Notes under the pieces: generated by a model
The model's input: the letters and a program-made list of their open reading frames with translations, nothing else
Told to the model about the DNA's origin: nothing
Database searches by the model: none
Made by a program: the position numbers and the translations under genes
In this document: piece by piece, positions 26,602 to 38,811 of the stretch
Position numbering within the stretch: the stretch's first letter is position 1
How the letters are laid out: each line of letters begins with the position of its first letter
Assembly (NCBI GenBank): GCA_033763315.1
Contig: JANRKS010000031.1
Location: 160,001-224,000, forward strand
Direction of reading: 5' to 3'
DNA from: Deltaproteobacteria bacterium
Lineage (GTDB): Bacteria > Myxococcota_A > Polyangia > Fen-1088
Length of the DNA stretch: 64,000 bases

Positions 26602-27745
26602 CCGGCCGTGTGCCAAGCGCAAAGCGCATCAAGCGCACTTCGATACCGCCGTTCCACAACCGGTGTGAAAATTCAGGCTGAATCGTGAGCGCACGGACGA
26701 ACGACGGATCCGGGCACAACAACACGGCATTCCAACCCCACAAGCGGTGAAACGCGGTGGCCAACTCGCGTGAGATGTCGCGCGTTTGGCGAGCGTTGCG
26801 TTCGAGCCGCTCTCCATAAGGCGGGTTTGTGCACAAGGTGCCATGTGGTGCGGGTGCCGTGAGGCTGCCAAGGTTTGCCACAGCGTATTCGATGTCGTTG
26901 CCAACACCGGCGGCCAAGGCGTTCTGTCGCAACGCCGAGATGGCTTGTGGATCGACGTCACGGGCCCAAATCGGCGCAGGTGCATGCGACAGTGCTTCGG
27001 CTTTCGCATTCTCGAGCATGGCTGGGTAGTTCGCACGCAGCGCTTCGCTTGGCCACCTTTGGAAGCCAAAGCGACGACGCGCGCCGGGCGCGATGCGACG
27101 GGCTTTGAGCGCCTGTTCGATCGCCAGGGTTCCTGAGCCTGCCATAGGATCGATGAAGGGCTCGTCGGTGGGCACGTTGCCCAGGGCCAAAATCGCGGCA
27201 GCCAACGTTTCTTTGAGCGGTGCCTCTGTCATCGCCACCCGGTAGCCACGGCGGTGCAAAGGTTCACCCGAAAGGTCCAAGAACAAGCGCGCGTGCGTGC
27301 CATTGATGTGCAGGGCCACCAAAACGTCTGGCTCTTGTGGATCGACGTTCGGTCGCTGGCCCAGCTTGTCGCGCAAAGCATCGACGATGGCGTCCTTAAC
27401 TTTGAGCCCGGCGAACTGCGAATTGATCAGCGTATCGGAGCCACTGACTTGTGCCTTGACGGCAAAGGTCTGCTTGTCAGTGAGGTGCTCATGCCAGGCG
27501 ACGGTGCGTGTGCCTTCGTAGAGCGCCTGCGCGTTCGGCGCTTGAAAATCGGCTAGCTCCAACAACACACGCATGGCTGTGCGGGCATGCAAGCACACGC
27601 GCATGCCTTCCTCGAACGTGCCGCGAAAGGACACGCCGCCGCGCGCGCCTTTGGGCGCCCGGATGCGCAGCTCCACAAGCTCGCGGCGCAGGGCGCCTTC
27701 AGCCGACAGCTCACAGGTGACGAAGAAAGGAAACAGGGTAACCAA
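26570..27745 (-). CDS. THUMP-domain class I SAM-dependent RNA methyltransferase (RlmL-like)
   Basis: DLSGEPLHRRGYR, APLKETLAAA, DPMAGSGT and NPPYGER motifs. Start uncertain. Confidence 0.9.
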   Translation of the reverse strand: MVTLFPFFVTCELSAEGALRRELVELRIRAPKGARGGVSFRGTFEEGMRVCLHARTAMRVLLELADFQAPNAQALYEGTRTVAWHEHLTDKQTFAVKAQVSGSDTLINSQFAGLKVKDAIVDALRDKLGQRPNVDPQEPDVLVALHINGTHARLFLDLSGEPLHRRGYRVAMTEAPLKETLAAAILALGNVPTDEPFIDPMAGSGTLAIEQALKARRIAPGARRRFGFQRWPSEALRANYPAMLENAKAEALSHAPAPIWARDVDPQAISALRQNALAAGVGNDIEYAVANLGSLTAPAPHGTLCTNPPYGERLERNARQTRDISRELATAFHRLWGWNAVLLCPDPSFVRALTIQPEFSHRLWNGGIEVRLMRFALGTRPASASQTEQDS

Positions 27746-27821
27746 GGCGCCCAACTGTAGCAGACCCAATGTGGCGCAAGGCCCCTCCTTGGTGGTCGCA
27801 CCCGCGACCGTGGACCGTTTG

Positions 27822-28463
27822 TCAGCCGCCGGGGGCCTGCAACAATCCGCGGTTGAGCGCAATGGCCACGGCTTCTGTGCGGGTTTTTGCGCCGAGTTTG
27901 GCCAGCAGCCCTCCCACGTGAAAGCCTGCGGTGCGTTCGGTGACACCTAGCTTGGTGGCAATCTGTTTGTTGGTGAAGCCATGGTAAATGGCTTCGAGCA
28001 CTTGGCGTTCGCGCAAAGTTAAAGCGGGCAGCGTGAGGTGGGTGGACAGCCGCTGTTCGACGCTGGGGGGCAGATATCTTTGGCCACCGTGGACCGCTCG
28101 GATCGCATGCACGAGATCGGGGCCGCCCGTGTCTTTGGTGAGATAGCCGTGCACGCCCGCTCGCAACGCCAGCATCACGGTTTCTTCGCCGTCATAATGG
28201 GTGAGCACCAAAATGCGCGCGGCGGGGAACTCGCGTAAGACGGCCGAGGCCACGGCGGCGCCATCGAGCCGCGGCATGCGCATATCCACCACCAGCACGT
28301 CTGGAAGCAACGCCCGGTATTGTTCCACCGCACGGACCCCATCGTCGGCCTCGCCAACCACAGAGATGCCGTCTTGCACCAACAACAGGGCCTTGATGCC
28401 CGCGCGGGCGATGACGTTGTCGTCAGCTATCAGAACTCGAATGCAGGCAACAGGCGCGGGCAC
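27822..28463 (-). CDS. NarL/LuxR-family response regulator
   Basis: VLIADD, VDMRMPRLDG, GYLTK, LTLRERQVL...NKQIA...RTEAVAIA. Confidence 0.93.
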   Translation of the reverse strand: MPAPVACIRVLIADDNVIARAGIKALLLVQDGISVVGEADDGVRAVEQYRALLPDVLVVDMRMPRLDGAAVASAVLREFPAARILVLTHYDGEETVMLALRAGVHGYLTKDTGGPDLVHAIRAVHGGQRYLPPSVEQRLSTHLTLPALTLRERQVLEAIYHGFTNKQIATKLGVTERTAGFHVGGLLAKLGAKTRTEAVAIALNRGLLQAPGG

Positions 28464-28488
28464 GCGGCCATCATACCAGCCTCGCGCA

Positions 28489-31400
28489 TTAAGCGTGATT
28501 GTGCAGCTGGGCCGTGGGGATGTGCAGGGTGACCTCGAATCCCCCATCGGCGAGGGGCTGCGCCGCAAACGTTCCGCCCATTCGGTGTGCGCGCTCTTGC
28601 ATACCAACCAGACCGAACCCAGGGCGATCATCCGCCGGTGGCTTCGCGGCTCCAGGGGCATTGCGGATGATTAAGCGGAGGCCATCGGCGTTGCACTCTG
28701 CGTGCACATCCACCACCGGCGCGTCGCCGTGACGAACGGCATTGGTGACCGCCTCTTCAACCACGCGTGGCAGCTCATGCTCGCGGAGCCCCGACGCGGG
28801 CACCATTTCCCCCTCCCAGTGGAAGCGAACCGGGCGGCCCAGATTGTTGGAGAGTCGTGAACATTGCGTCTCCAGCACGGTTTTGAGGTTGGGGCGCGCG
28901 AGCGTGGTGGCCCGCAGATCCCAGATTGTCTCGCGCAGCTCCGCTTCGGCACGCGTTAAAATGTGGCGGCTTTCATCGAGCAGTTGCGATTCGCGCTCGT
29001 CGCGCCCGCGTTTGCCAAGCAAGTGATCCAAGCCATCTAAGTGAAACCGGACGCCAAGAAAGGCTTGGCCTAACCCATCATGGATCTCGCGAGCCAAACG
29101 TGATCGCTCTTCGTGAACGGCACGGTGCCGGGCGGCCAATTGGCTCAACCGCAAGCGATGCCACAAGAAAGCCGCACAGGCCACCAGCAGCACGATGAGC
29201 GTGCGGAACCACCAAGACTGCGCAAGAGACGGCTGTACATGAATGTGGCTTTCGCTGATGGCCGCCGTTTGCGCCCCCACACCAGCCACATACGCTTGCA
29301 CGCGAAACGTATAATCGCCGGGAGGAATGACACCATAGCGGGCGGAACGCTCTTGGCCGCCATCGATCCAATCTCTATCGAGGCCCTGCAACTGGTAGCG
29401 AAAGCGAACCGCCTGCGGCAATATGAATTCCGGTGCCGTCCACGACCATTGCAGTGACTGTGGCTTGGGTGGCACTTGCGCGTGTGCCAGATCTGCGACG
29501 GCACGGCCGTTAATCGCGAACCCTTCGAGCACCGCTTGTGGTGGCGCCTGCGTCTGGTTGGCTTCGATGATCGAGATGCCCGCGGTGGTAGAGAACCAAA
29601 GTGCGCTGGCGCTGTCGAGTGCCACCAAAGGAGGAAAGGCGGCGATGCAGATGGGGCTCCGCATGCCTGATTGTTCGTCGATGCGAAACCACCGCACGTC
29701 TTTGCGCTTGCCGTCCATGCAGTCTTCGAGTTCAGACCAGGTGGCCCTGTAGACCCCACGGTTAGACGTGGCCCAAACCCGATCACCAGTGGTGGTGAGC
29801 GAAAAGAAGCCACCCGCGGCCACGCCACAGTCGGCAGGCAGCGGTGTGAACTTATCGTCGTGCCAGCGTGCCATCGATATGCGACCCATGGTGGCAGCCC
29901 ACACGGAGCCGTTTGGCGCTTGAGTCACGGCCGTGACTTCGTTGCGCTGCAAACCAAGCTCACCGACGAAACAATGCGCTTCTGTTTGCCCGTTGCGGGA
30001 CTGCACGCGCGTCACCCCCTGTGGGCCTGCGCTCCACCACAAGGTGCCGCGTGGCGCTTCACCCGCAAAGATCTGTGGCCCGATGCAAACACCAACGAGA
30101 TCTCGCCGTGTGGCCGCCGTTATGGTGGCGTTGGGGAACGTCGACAAGCCATGGTGCTCCCATCCAATCCACAATGCGTCCGTGGCGTCCACGTACACCG
30201 AACGCACAAAGTCGTCCCTTAGCCCTTCAGTGTGGCTCAGCCTCTGGAACGCACCTTTGGCGTACCGTAAAACGGCATTGTCCGCGGAAAAATACAAGGC
30301 ATGGTTGCTTGACTCCGCAATCGAACGTGCGCTCCACACGGGCAGTTCGCTGCCATAGCGAAAGCCGATCAGTTTGTTGTCGACGCTGTGAACGATGCCC
30401 TTGGTGGTGGTGATCCATAGGCTGTCATCGTGTGCACGGTGAATCGAGAACGCCACTTCGCCCAGAAGCCCCTCGGGCGGTCCCAGATTGCGCACCGGAG
30501 GTTGAAACACCTGCGTCACGGGACCACTTCGTACCCCGAACCAATAGCTGCCCTCATGATCACGCAGCGCCGTGAGCGCATCGTGCACTTGCACCTGTCC
30601 GAACGCCGCGGGACGGCCGGGCTCGAAGCGCAGGGGCGTGCCGTTATGCATGCCGATGAGTGTTCCTTCGGGTGAGACAACAAATGGGCTCATTCCATCA
30701 CCTGCGTCTTGCAGCTTGGTGACGTTGTTGCCGCTGACGTCGAACACGCCGTCGCACGTGGACGCGAGCAGATGACGATCAGCGTTCTGAGCCAGATTAA
30801 TCACCCCGTTCAGGACCGGGCTTCCCACGTCAACCTTGCCGGCAGCGTTGATTGTGCCGAGCGCTAAGCCACGCGATGTGCCTATCCACACGTGGCGTGC
30901 GTCCACGAACAGCAGCGATGTGACGAACGCCGCAGGAAGCTGCGCTGCGGACACGATGAGCTGTGGTTTTTGTGGTGGGCCGTTGGGGGACGTTGACATC
31001 CGTGCAACGCCGCCTTCGGTGCCCAACCACACTTCTTGCGTGCCCGGCCTTTGGGCAAGGGCCCACACCCAGGGCGAGGGCAAAGCGGTCAGATCGACGT
31101 GCGTGGCCTGCCGGGCTTGCACAAGGAAAAGCTCCGGCTGCTCTGTGCGAAAACGAACGCGCAAAGGCGCGTTCCCATCCGGGTATCGTTCAAGAAAGCC
31201 TCCGCCTGTTGCCACCCACACGCCTTCGGTCGTGGCAAGAAGACGACGCGCGGGGCCCGGAGGCAAACCGGTCACTGGCGTCCATGCCACGCCATCGAAG
31301 CGTTGCACACCGTCGGTCCCCGCCACCCAAAGGTGGTGGTCTGCGGTCTGCACGATCGATTGAACGCTCAGAACTCCATCAAAGGTGCGCTTTTGCCAAC

Positions 31401-31500
31401 CGGCGGGTGCGGCCACGGGCGCGGGGATGTCCACAACGCATGCGACCATGGCCAAGGCAACCATCACCCACCGACGGGCCTGCAAGGCAAATCCACTCAT
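28489..31500 (-). CDS. Sensor histidine kinase with beta-propeller/Y_Y_Y periplasmic domain (HisKA_3)
   Basis: Repeated xxWxGT propeller motifs, FRYQLQGLDRDW...PPGDYTFRV, TM, ERSRLAREIHDGLGQ, EAVTNAVRH and GFGLVGMQER. Confidence 0.92.
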   Translation of the reverse strand: MSGFALQARRWVMVALAMVACVVDIPAPVAAPAGWQKRTFDGVLSVQSIVQTADHHLWVAGTDGVQRFDGVAWTPVTGLPPGPARRLLATTEGVWVATGGGFLERYPDGNAPLRVRFRTEQPELFLVQARQATHVDLTALPSPWVWALAQRPGTQEVWLGTEGGVARMSTSPNGPPQKPQLIVSAAQLPAAFVTSLLFVDARHVWIGTSRGLALGTINAAGKVDVGSPVLNGVINLAQNADRHLLASTCDGVFDVSGNNVTKLQDAGDGMSPFVVSPEGTLIGMHNGTPLRFEPGRPAAFGQVQVHDALTALRDHEGSYWFGVRSGPVTQVFQPPVRNLGPPEGLLGEVAFSIHRAHDDSLWITTTKGIVHSVDNKLIGFRYGSELPVWSARSIAESSNHALYFSADNAVLRYAKGAFQRLSHTEGLRDDFVRSVYVDATDALWIGWEHHGLSTFPNATITAATRRDLVGVCIGPQIFAGEAPRGTLWWSAGPQGVTRVQSRNGQTEAHCFVGELGLQRNEVTAVTQAPNGSVWAATMGRISMARWHDDKFTPLPADCGVAAGGFFSLTTTGDRVWATSNRGVYRATWSELEDCMDGKRKDVRWFRIDEQSGMRSPICIAAFPPLVALDSASALWFSTTAGISIIEANQTQAPPQAVLEGFAINGRAVADLAHAQVPPKPQSLQWSWTAPEFILPQAVRFRYQLQGLDRDWIDGGQERSARYGVIPPGDYTFRVQAYVAGVGAQTAAISESHIHVQPSLAQSWWFRTLIVLLVACAAFLWHRLRLSQLAARHRAVHEERSRLAREIHDGLGQAFLGVRFHLDGLDHLLGKRGRDERESQLLDESRHILTRAEAELRETIWDLRATTLARPNLKTVLETQCSRLSNNLGRPVRFHWEGEMVPASGLREHELPRVVEEAVTNAVRHGDAPVVDVHAECNADGLRLIIRNAPGAAKPPADDRPGFGLVGMQERAHRMGGTFAAQPLADGGFEVTLHIPTAQLHNHA

Positions 31501-31582
31501 CGCCGCATTCAGTTTCGCACAGGTTGATAAGCGGTGGTCATTCCCGGATGAGCTTGCGCGCTTTTCTGTCAGACTCGGGCGC

Positions 31583-32494
31583 ATGGCAAGCGCGGATGAC
31601 GGCCTGAAGAACGAAGCCTTTCGGGAGGCTTTGGCGGAAGCGTTGGTGGGCAGCAGCGCTCGCTTGGAAAGCCTGTTGGCGCGCTACGGCGGTTTGCCCA
31701 GCGCCAAACCGAACATGCGTTTGGCGGCAGCCTTTGGCGCCGAATTGGCAAACGTTTCTCGTCCCGTGGCGAAGCTGTTGCACCGGCTTTCGGCGAACGA
31801 GGCGCTCGAAGACACCGCCGAGGCGTATCTGCCCGTGGCGGCGGCGCATGCGTGGGCGGCTTTGATTCGTGTTGGCAAAGACGTCGAGAATGCATGGTCA
31901 GAGCTTGCAGACATTGCGTCTGACGAACGTAAGCCCGTGATGTTGGGTGTGCACGACGCGCTTCTGCAGTTGGCCGTGCGCGAAGGCGGCGCCGATACCC
32001 TGGTCGAACGTGCGGACGAATGGCTGCAGATCGAGGAGCGCGAAATTCGTTACGGTGCCATTGGTGCCGCCATCGAGGTGTTGGGCGATGCAAATGTTTT
32101 GTCAGGCTGCACCGATCACCCTGCGCTGTTTGCGTTTTTATCCCGTGTGCTTGACGAAATGGCAGATGCGCCTCGGTCTGCAAGCCGTTCCACGTTGCGA
32201 AGGCGTGTGATGACGGCTTTGCCGCGCACGCTTGCAGGTGTGATCACAACCTTTGACGGCGGCGACGAAGCGCCCATCTGGTTTCGCGGCGAATGTGCGC
32301 GGGCCCAAGACGAAGACATGCGCCAGGTGCTGTCTGACACGATCGTGCGTTTGCGGCAAAGCCCCACGGGCCAGCGGGGCAGCGTGGCTGATGGGTTGCG
32401 CGCTGAACTTGAAGCCAGTGCCAAACCCTTGCGCCACGCCGCGCGTGTGCGGCCCGGCACAAACCGCGGCAAACACACGCGCAAGATTCGCTAA
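31583..32494 (+). CDS. Hypothetical alpha-helical (HEAT-like) protein
   Basis: 303 aa with amphipathic helices, GGLPSAKPNMRLAAAFG, and a basic C-terminus. Fills the gap between divergent/convergent genes. Confidence 0.72.
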   Translation: MASADDGLKNEAFREALAEALVGSSARLESLLARYGGLPSAKPNMRLAAAFGAELANVSRPVAKLLHRLSANEALEDTAEAYLPVAAAHAWAALIRVGKDVENAWSELADIASDERKPVMLGVHDALLQLAVREGGADTLVERADEWLQIEEREIRYGAIGAAIEVLGDANVLSGCTDHPALFAFLSRVLDEMADAPRSASRSTLRRRVMTALPRTLAGVITTFDGGDEAPIWFRGECARAQDEDMRQVLSDTIVRLRQSPTGQRGSVADGLRAELEASAKPLRHAARVRPGTNRGKHTRKIR

Positions 32495-32504
32495 AACCCT
32501 CGCG

Positions 32505-32936
32505 CTAGTGGGCAGGACCGTTGTGGCCGCTCTTGGCCACAGCGTTGAGCCGGGCTTCCGCCCATGCGCGGCGAGCGACCAACGCTTGGTACTCGGCGCC
32601 GAGATCGCCCTTCCAGTCGGTGAGCTTCTTGTCGGCGTCGAGCACTTCGGCCGCCGCGGCGTCGCGATCGATTGTGGTGGCGGCTTTGGCTTCTGCCACC
32701 AACACCAACACCTTTTCGCCAGCGCTCGTCTGTGCCACTTCCAGCACGCCGTCGGACACCGCGATCACGCGCTCGCCCTCCTTCGTGCGGTAAGCCAACA
32801 CACCCGGGCGCAGCGCCGAGAGAAACGGAATGTGGCCCGGCAAGATGCCGAACTCACCCAGCGATCCGGGCGCGCTCACTTCTTCAACGTCAGTGTCGAT
32901 GAGTGAGCCGCGGGGTGTGGTGACCGATAAGCGCAT
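32505..32936 (-). CDS. atpC: ATP synthase F1 epsilon subunit
   Basis: VTTP, PGSLGEFGILPGH. Last gene of the atp run. Confidence 0.95.
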   Translation of the reverse strand: MRLSVTTPRGSLIDTDVEEVSAPGSLGEFGILPGHIPFLSALRPGVLAYRTKEGERVIAVSDGVLEVAQTSAGEKVLVLVAEAKAATTIDRDAAAAEVLDADKKLTDWKGDLGAEYQALVARRAWAEARLNAVAKSGHNGPAH

Positions 32937-32963
32937 AAGCGATGTCCTTGCCGCTGGCGAGGC

Positions 32964-34442
<1,479 letters not shown>

Positions 34443-35315
34443 TTATCCCTTTAAAGCTTCAGCACCACCCACGATTTCCATCAGCTCTTTGGTGATGGCC
34501 GCTTGGCGTGCACGGTTGTATTGCAGGGTCAGCTGCGCGATGGCCGATTTCGCGTTCTTGGTGGCGCTTTCCATGGCGGTCATGCGCGCACCGAACTCTG
34601 AGGCCACCGATTCCAGCAGCGCGCGCAAGATGCGCGACTGCACGTAAAGAGGCAACATCGTGGCCAGCAGCTCTTCTTTCGAAGGCTCGTACACGAAGTC
34701 AGTGAGCGTTTCCTCCGAAGCCGCGGCGCCAATCTCGATTGGCAGCAATGGTTCGATGGCCACACGTTGCGAAGCGGCTGAGCGGAACTCGTTGTAGATG
34801 ATCCGCACGCCGTCGATGCGGCCGTTCAGAAAATCGTCCGACACAGCCAAGCCCAATTCTTGCGCGCGGCCCGGGGCTGTTTCGCCCGTAACGGAAGGGT
34901 ACGTGCCTGCCAACTCGAAGCCGCGGCGGCGGAAGAAATCGCGGCCTTTGCGGCCCACCACGTAAAGCTTGAATTCATCTGCCGTGCCAGCCGCTTTCTG
35001 CTCAGCCATGAAGCGGACGGTGGCGCGCGCGATGGTGGCGTTGAAGCCACCGCACAACCCGCGATCTGACGTGAGGATCACCAACGCCAAACGACGTTGT
35101 TCGCGTCGTTGCAGCATGGGGTGGGCGTCCAACCCGGCACGCAACGCCACCTGGGCCACAGCCTCGGCCAACGCGATGGCGTAGGGGCGGGCGGCGATGA
35201 TGTCGTCCTGCGCGCGACGCAGTTTGGCCGCGGCGACCAACTTCATTGCGCGCGTGATCTTCTGCGTCGATTTAACCGACGCTATCCGACGGCGGACGGC
35301 TTTGAGTGAGGGCAT
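34443..35315 (-). CDS. atpG: ATP synthase F1 gamma subunit
   Basis: KITRAMKLVAA, SDRGLCGGFN and NRARQAAITKEL motifs. Confidence 0.98.
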   Translation of the reverse strand: MPSLKAVRRRIASVKSTQKITRAMKLVAAAKLRRAQDDIIAARPYAIALAEAVAQVALRAGLDAHPMLQRREQRRLALVILTSDRGLCGGFNATIARATVRFMAEQKAAGTADEFKLYVVGRKGRDFFRRRGFELAGTYPSVTGETAPGRAQELGLAVSDDFLNGRIDGVRIIYNEFRSAASQRVAIEPLLPIEIGAAASEETLTDFVYEPSKEELLATMLPLYVQSRILRALLESVASEFGARMTAMESATKNAKSAIAQLTLQYNRARQAAITKELMEIVGGAEALKG

Positions 35316-35320
35316 GGGTG

Positions 35321-36850
35321 TTAGGCCTTCAGATCAGCGGCAAACTGCTTGGCGAACTCGCCCAACACCTTGCGCATTTCGGTCACGAGTTCGTCGTACT
35401 GCTTGCCCTTGTTGCCCTTTTCGCGCAACGCGGTCCACAGCTCGGGGTGCTTGGAGTCCACGAACGAATACAATTCGGATTCGTAGCGGCGCACGGCCGA
35501 TACAGGCACGTTGTCGACGAAGCCGTTGGTGGCGGCAAACAGGATGAACACCTGCTTCTCCACGCTCAGCGGTTCGTATTGACCTTGCTTCAGAAGCTCG
35601 GTCAAGCGTGCGCCGCGGGCCAGCTGGTTCTGCGTCGCTTTGTCGAGGTCGGAGCCGAACTGCGAGAACGCCGCGAGCTCGCGGTATTGCGCCAACTCCA
35701 AACGCAGCTTGCCAGCCACCTTCTTCATCGCCGCGATTTGCGCCGCACCACCCACGCGCGACACCGAGATGCCGACGTTCAAAGCGGGGCGTTGGCCCGA
35801 GAAGAACAGATCGCTTTCGAGGTAGATCTGGCCATCGGTGATCGAGATGACGTTCGTGGGAATGTAAGCCGACACGTCGCCGGCCTGCGTTTCGATGATC
35901 GGCAGCGCGGTCAATGAGCCGGCGCCCAATTCGTCAGAGACTTTGCATGCGCGCTCAAGCAAACGGCTGTGCAAATAGAACACGTCGCCAGGGTAAGCTT
36001 CGCGGCCGGGTGGGCGGCGCAACAGCAAGGAAAGCTGGCGGTAAGCCACGGCCTGCTTTGACAAATCGTCGTAAACAATCAGCGCGTGGCGGCCGCTGTC
36101 GCGGTAGTACTCGGCCATCGCGACGCCCGTGTAAGGCGCCAAGAATTGCAGCGGGGCTGATTCAGAAGCCGTGGCCGCGATGATGGTGGTGAACGCCATC
36201 GCGCCATGCTCGCGCAACTTCTCAACCACCGAGGCAACGGTCGACTGCTTCTGGCCGATCGCCACGTAGAAGCAGTGAACGCCCTGGCCTTTTTGGTTGA
36301 TGATGGTGTCGATCGCCACCGCGGTCTTGCCGGTTTGGCGGTCGCCGATGATGAGCTCGCGTTGGCCACGGCCGATCGGGATCATCGCGTCGATGGCCTT
36401 GAGGCCCGTTTGCATTGGTTCATGCACGGGCTTACGCGCGATAACGCCTGGTGCCTTAAGTTCGATCTTACGGAACTCTTTGGTGTCGAGCGGTCCCTTG
36501 CCGTCGATCGGCTCGCCGAGCGCGTTCACCACGCGGCCCATAAGGGCGTCGCCCACGGGAACCTGCGCGATCTTGCCTGTGCGCTTGACCGTGGCGCCTT
36601 CTTTGATCTTTTGGAACTCGCCCAAAAGCGCGCAACCGACGTTGTCTTCTTCGAGGTTCAGCACCAAGCCGACCACGTCGTGGCCGAAGTCGAGCAATTC
36701 GCCCGCCATCGCGTTTTCCAAGCCGTAAACGCGTGCGATACCGTCGCCGGTCTCAAGCACCGTGCCTGTTTCCGTGACCTCCACTTTTTGATCGAAGTTT
36801 TCGATCTCTTTGCGGATGATTTGGCTGATTTCTTCGGCGCGAATCTGCAT
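35321..36850 (-). CDS. atpA: ATP synthase F1 alpha subunit
   Basis: GDRQTGKT and [23 protein letters not shown] motifs. Confidence 0.99.
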   Translation of the reverse strand: MQIRAEEISQIIRKEIENFDQKVEVTETGTVLETGDGIARVYGLENAMAGELLDFGHDVVGLVLNLEEDNVGCALLGEFQKIKEGATVKRTGKIAQVPVGDALMGRVVNALGEPIDGKGPLDTKEFRKIELKAPGVIARKPVHEPMQTGLKAIDAMIPIGRGQRELIIGDRQTGKTAVAIDTIINQKGQGVHCFYVAIGQKQSTVASVVEKLREHGAMAFTTIIAATASESAPLQFLAPYTGVAMAEYYRDSGRHALIVYDDLSKQAVAYRQLSLLLRRPPGREAYPGDVFYLHSRLLERACKVSDELGAGSLTALPIIETQAGDVSAYIPTNVISITDGQIYLESDLFFSGQRPALNVGISVSRVGGAAQIAAMKKVAGKLRLELAQYRELAAFSQFGSDLDKATQNQLARGARLTELLKQGQYEPLSVEKQVFILFAATNGFVDNVPVSAVRRYESELYSFVDSKHPELWTALREKGNKGKQYDELVTEMRKVLGEFAKQFAADLKA

Positions 36851-36860
36851 CGGAGCGTTC

Positions 36861-37406
36861 CTAGTTCAAGAGTTTGCGAGATAGGTTTTGCAGGCGGCTG
36901 CGCAAGCTGCCATCCAGGACCAGGTCACCTACTTGGGCAACGATGCCGCCCAGAAGTTCGGGATCCACTTTGGCTTCAAGAATCACTTGTTTGCCTGTGC
37001 GTTTAGCAAGCGCCTGGCGAATGTCTTCAAAAGCTGCGCCATCAAGCGGTGTGGCTGAAGTGACCGTGCCGCGCACGCGGCCCAGCCGTTCGTCGGTGAG
37101 ACGCTGATAATCGCCGGCGATGCGCGTGAGCTCCGTGAGGCGACCGCGATCGAGCAACAGCAGCACAAACCGCTGCACCTCGGCGCTGGCGCCCACGCGC
37201 GGCAACAACGACTCTAAGATGGAACGCTTCTGCGATTCTTTGACCACCGGGTTGGTGAGCGCCTGGCGCAGCTCGGACGAACTGTTGACCAGCTTGGCGA
37301 TTTCACCCAGCTCGTTGCCGTAGGCCTCAAAGCGGCCGTTGTCGCTGCCCATTTGAAACAGCGCGCGAGCGTAGCGACGCGAAACCGATCCTGAAAGCGA
37401 GGCCAT
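36861..37406 (-). CDS. atpH: ATP synthase F1 delta subunit
   Basis: [16 protein letters not shown]...DGSL. Confidence 0.95.
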   Translation of the reverse strand: MASLSGSVSRRYARALFQMGSDNGRFEAYGNELGEIAKLVNSSSELRQALTNPVVKESQKRSILESLLPRVGASAEVQRFVLLLLDRGRLTELTRIAGDYQRLTDERLGRVRGTVTSATPLDGAAFEDIRQALAKRTGKQVILEAKVDPELLGGIVAQVGDLVLDGSLRSRLQNLSRKLLN

Positions 37407-38041
37407 TATGCGTTCCTTTGCGCGGGGGCCGCGATGTCAGTGACAAAGCTCGACACCAATCGTTGTTGGTCGGACGTGTTGACCGAGCGCCGAACGATTT
37501 CTTCGGCGATGCGAGCGGCCGCGTTGGCGACTTCGGCTTTGAAGTTTTGCTCGGCCTGTTTGACTTGCTGATCCAGCAAGAAGCGCGTCTCCTCTTCGAT
37601 GCGCTGGGCCCGGGCTTCGGCCACCTCGATCAACCGGCGCTTTTCGGCTTCCGCGGAATCCTTCATGGATTGGCGAAGATCGGTAAGTTCTTGTTGCAGG
37701 TTCGCGAGGCGTGCCTCTTGCGTTTTAAGCCGCGTCTCGGCCTCGGCGCGCAGACGTTGCGCCTCATCGAGATCCGCCTTCATTTTGTCGTGGCGGCTCC
37801 GCAGCGACTTATTGATGGCGCTGCCTCCGAACTTGATCAAGATAAACAGAAGCACCCCGAAATTGAACAGCTGCAAGGCCAGCGCTTTGCCATCGATGCT
37901 GGGGGTGCCATGGCCGCCATGTTCACCGTGAGTGGCGTGCTCTTGCGCCCAAGCCAAAGCGGGCAGCGCGGCCACACAAGCGATGGTCACGGCGCCAGCG
38001 ATTCGGGCAGCCCAGTTTGTTGGCGTGGTGTTCTTCGTCAT
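37406..38041 (-). CDS. atpF: ATP synthase F0 subunit b
   Basis: Signal-like and His-rich N-terminus, QLFNFGVLLFIL TM and coiled coil. Position upstream of atpH. Confidence 0.9.
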   Translation of the reverse strand: MTKNTTPTNWAARIAGAVTIACVAALPALAWAQEHATHGEHGGHGTPSIDGKALALQLFNFGVLLFILIKFGGSAINKSLRSRHDKMKADLDEAQRLRAEAETRLKTQEARLANLQQELTDLRQSMKDSAEAEKRRLIEVAEARAQRIEEETRFLLDQQVKQAEQNFKAEVANAAARIAEEIVRRSVNTSDQQRLVSSFVTDIAAPAQRNA

Positions 38042-38556
38042 TAAGATACGCTCCGTCCCAGAACCTTGCTTGCGGCTTCGCGGCCCAAGCTTTCGGCACG
38101 CTGGTTGAGGTTGGCTTTCTGAGCCGCCAACGCCGCATCCAATTTCGCCTTGGCTTCCGTCAGGACGGCCCTGGCTTTGGCGTGCGCTTCGGCCAACACC
38201 GTTTGCTCGCGCGCTTGCGCTTCACTGCGCGCCACCGCCAACGAGCCCGCGCCTTCGCGACGAGCGGCGGCCAACTCTTTTTCAACTTTGTCGAATTGCG
38301 CTTGAGCGTTCAAAGCCATCTTTTCAGCTTCGGCGCGGTAACCATCCACGCGGGTGCTGCGTTCGGCTTTGATCTTTAGGTAAGGCTTCCACAGCAGCGG
38401 CGTGAGTACGGCCAACATCACGAGGAATAGGCCCAACATCACGAACACAGTGCCGTCGACGTCAAGCAGTTGTGACTCAGCCGCTTGTGGCGCCGCAACA
38501 CCAAGGGCCACCGTTTGCGTGGCATCGAGCAGGGATGTGAGAAATGCTGGTGTCAT
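38041..38556 (-). CDS. ATP synthase F0 subunit b'
   Basis: DGTVFVMLGLFL...LLWKPYL...ER, coiled coil, KVLGR. Start uncertain (38556 or 38589). Confidence 0.88.
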   Translation of the reverse strand: MTPAFLTSLLDATQTVALGVAAPQAAESQLLDVDGTVFVMLGLFLVMLAVLTPLLWKPYLKIKAERSTRVDGYRAEAEKMALNAQAQFDKVEKELAAARREGAGSLAVARSEAQAREQTVLAEAHAKARAVLTEAKAKLDAALAAQKANLNQRAESLGREAASKVLGRSVS

Positions 38557-38811
38557 GGCTTGAGGGGCCTCGCGTACCAAATCCGCCATGCGGCGTCAAG
38601 GATGCCCGCAGGGACCGGGGGAGGGGGAGGCGGGCGTAAAGTCGCACATGCAGGCGGCCTCCGCCAGCCGTTTTCACGACCCCGTTCACATTCGTCGCGC
38701 GCGTGGTTTCACATGCCCGAAATCGGGCCTTTGCGATCGCGTCATTTGTGCGCATCCTCTAGGCAGCGGGCCGCTGTGGCCGTATGGTCGCCTCACGGGA
38801 TCCGAAGAAAA

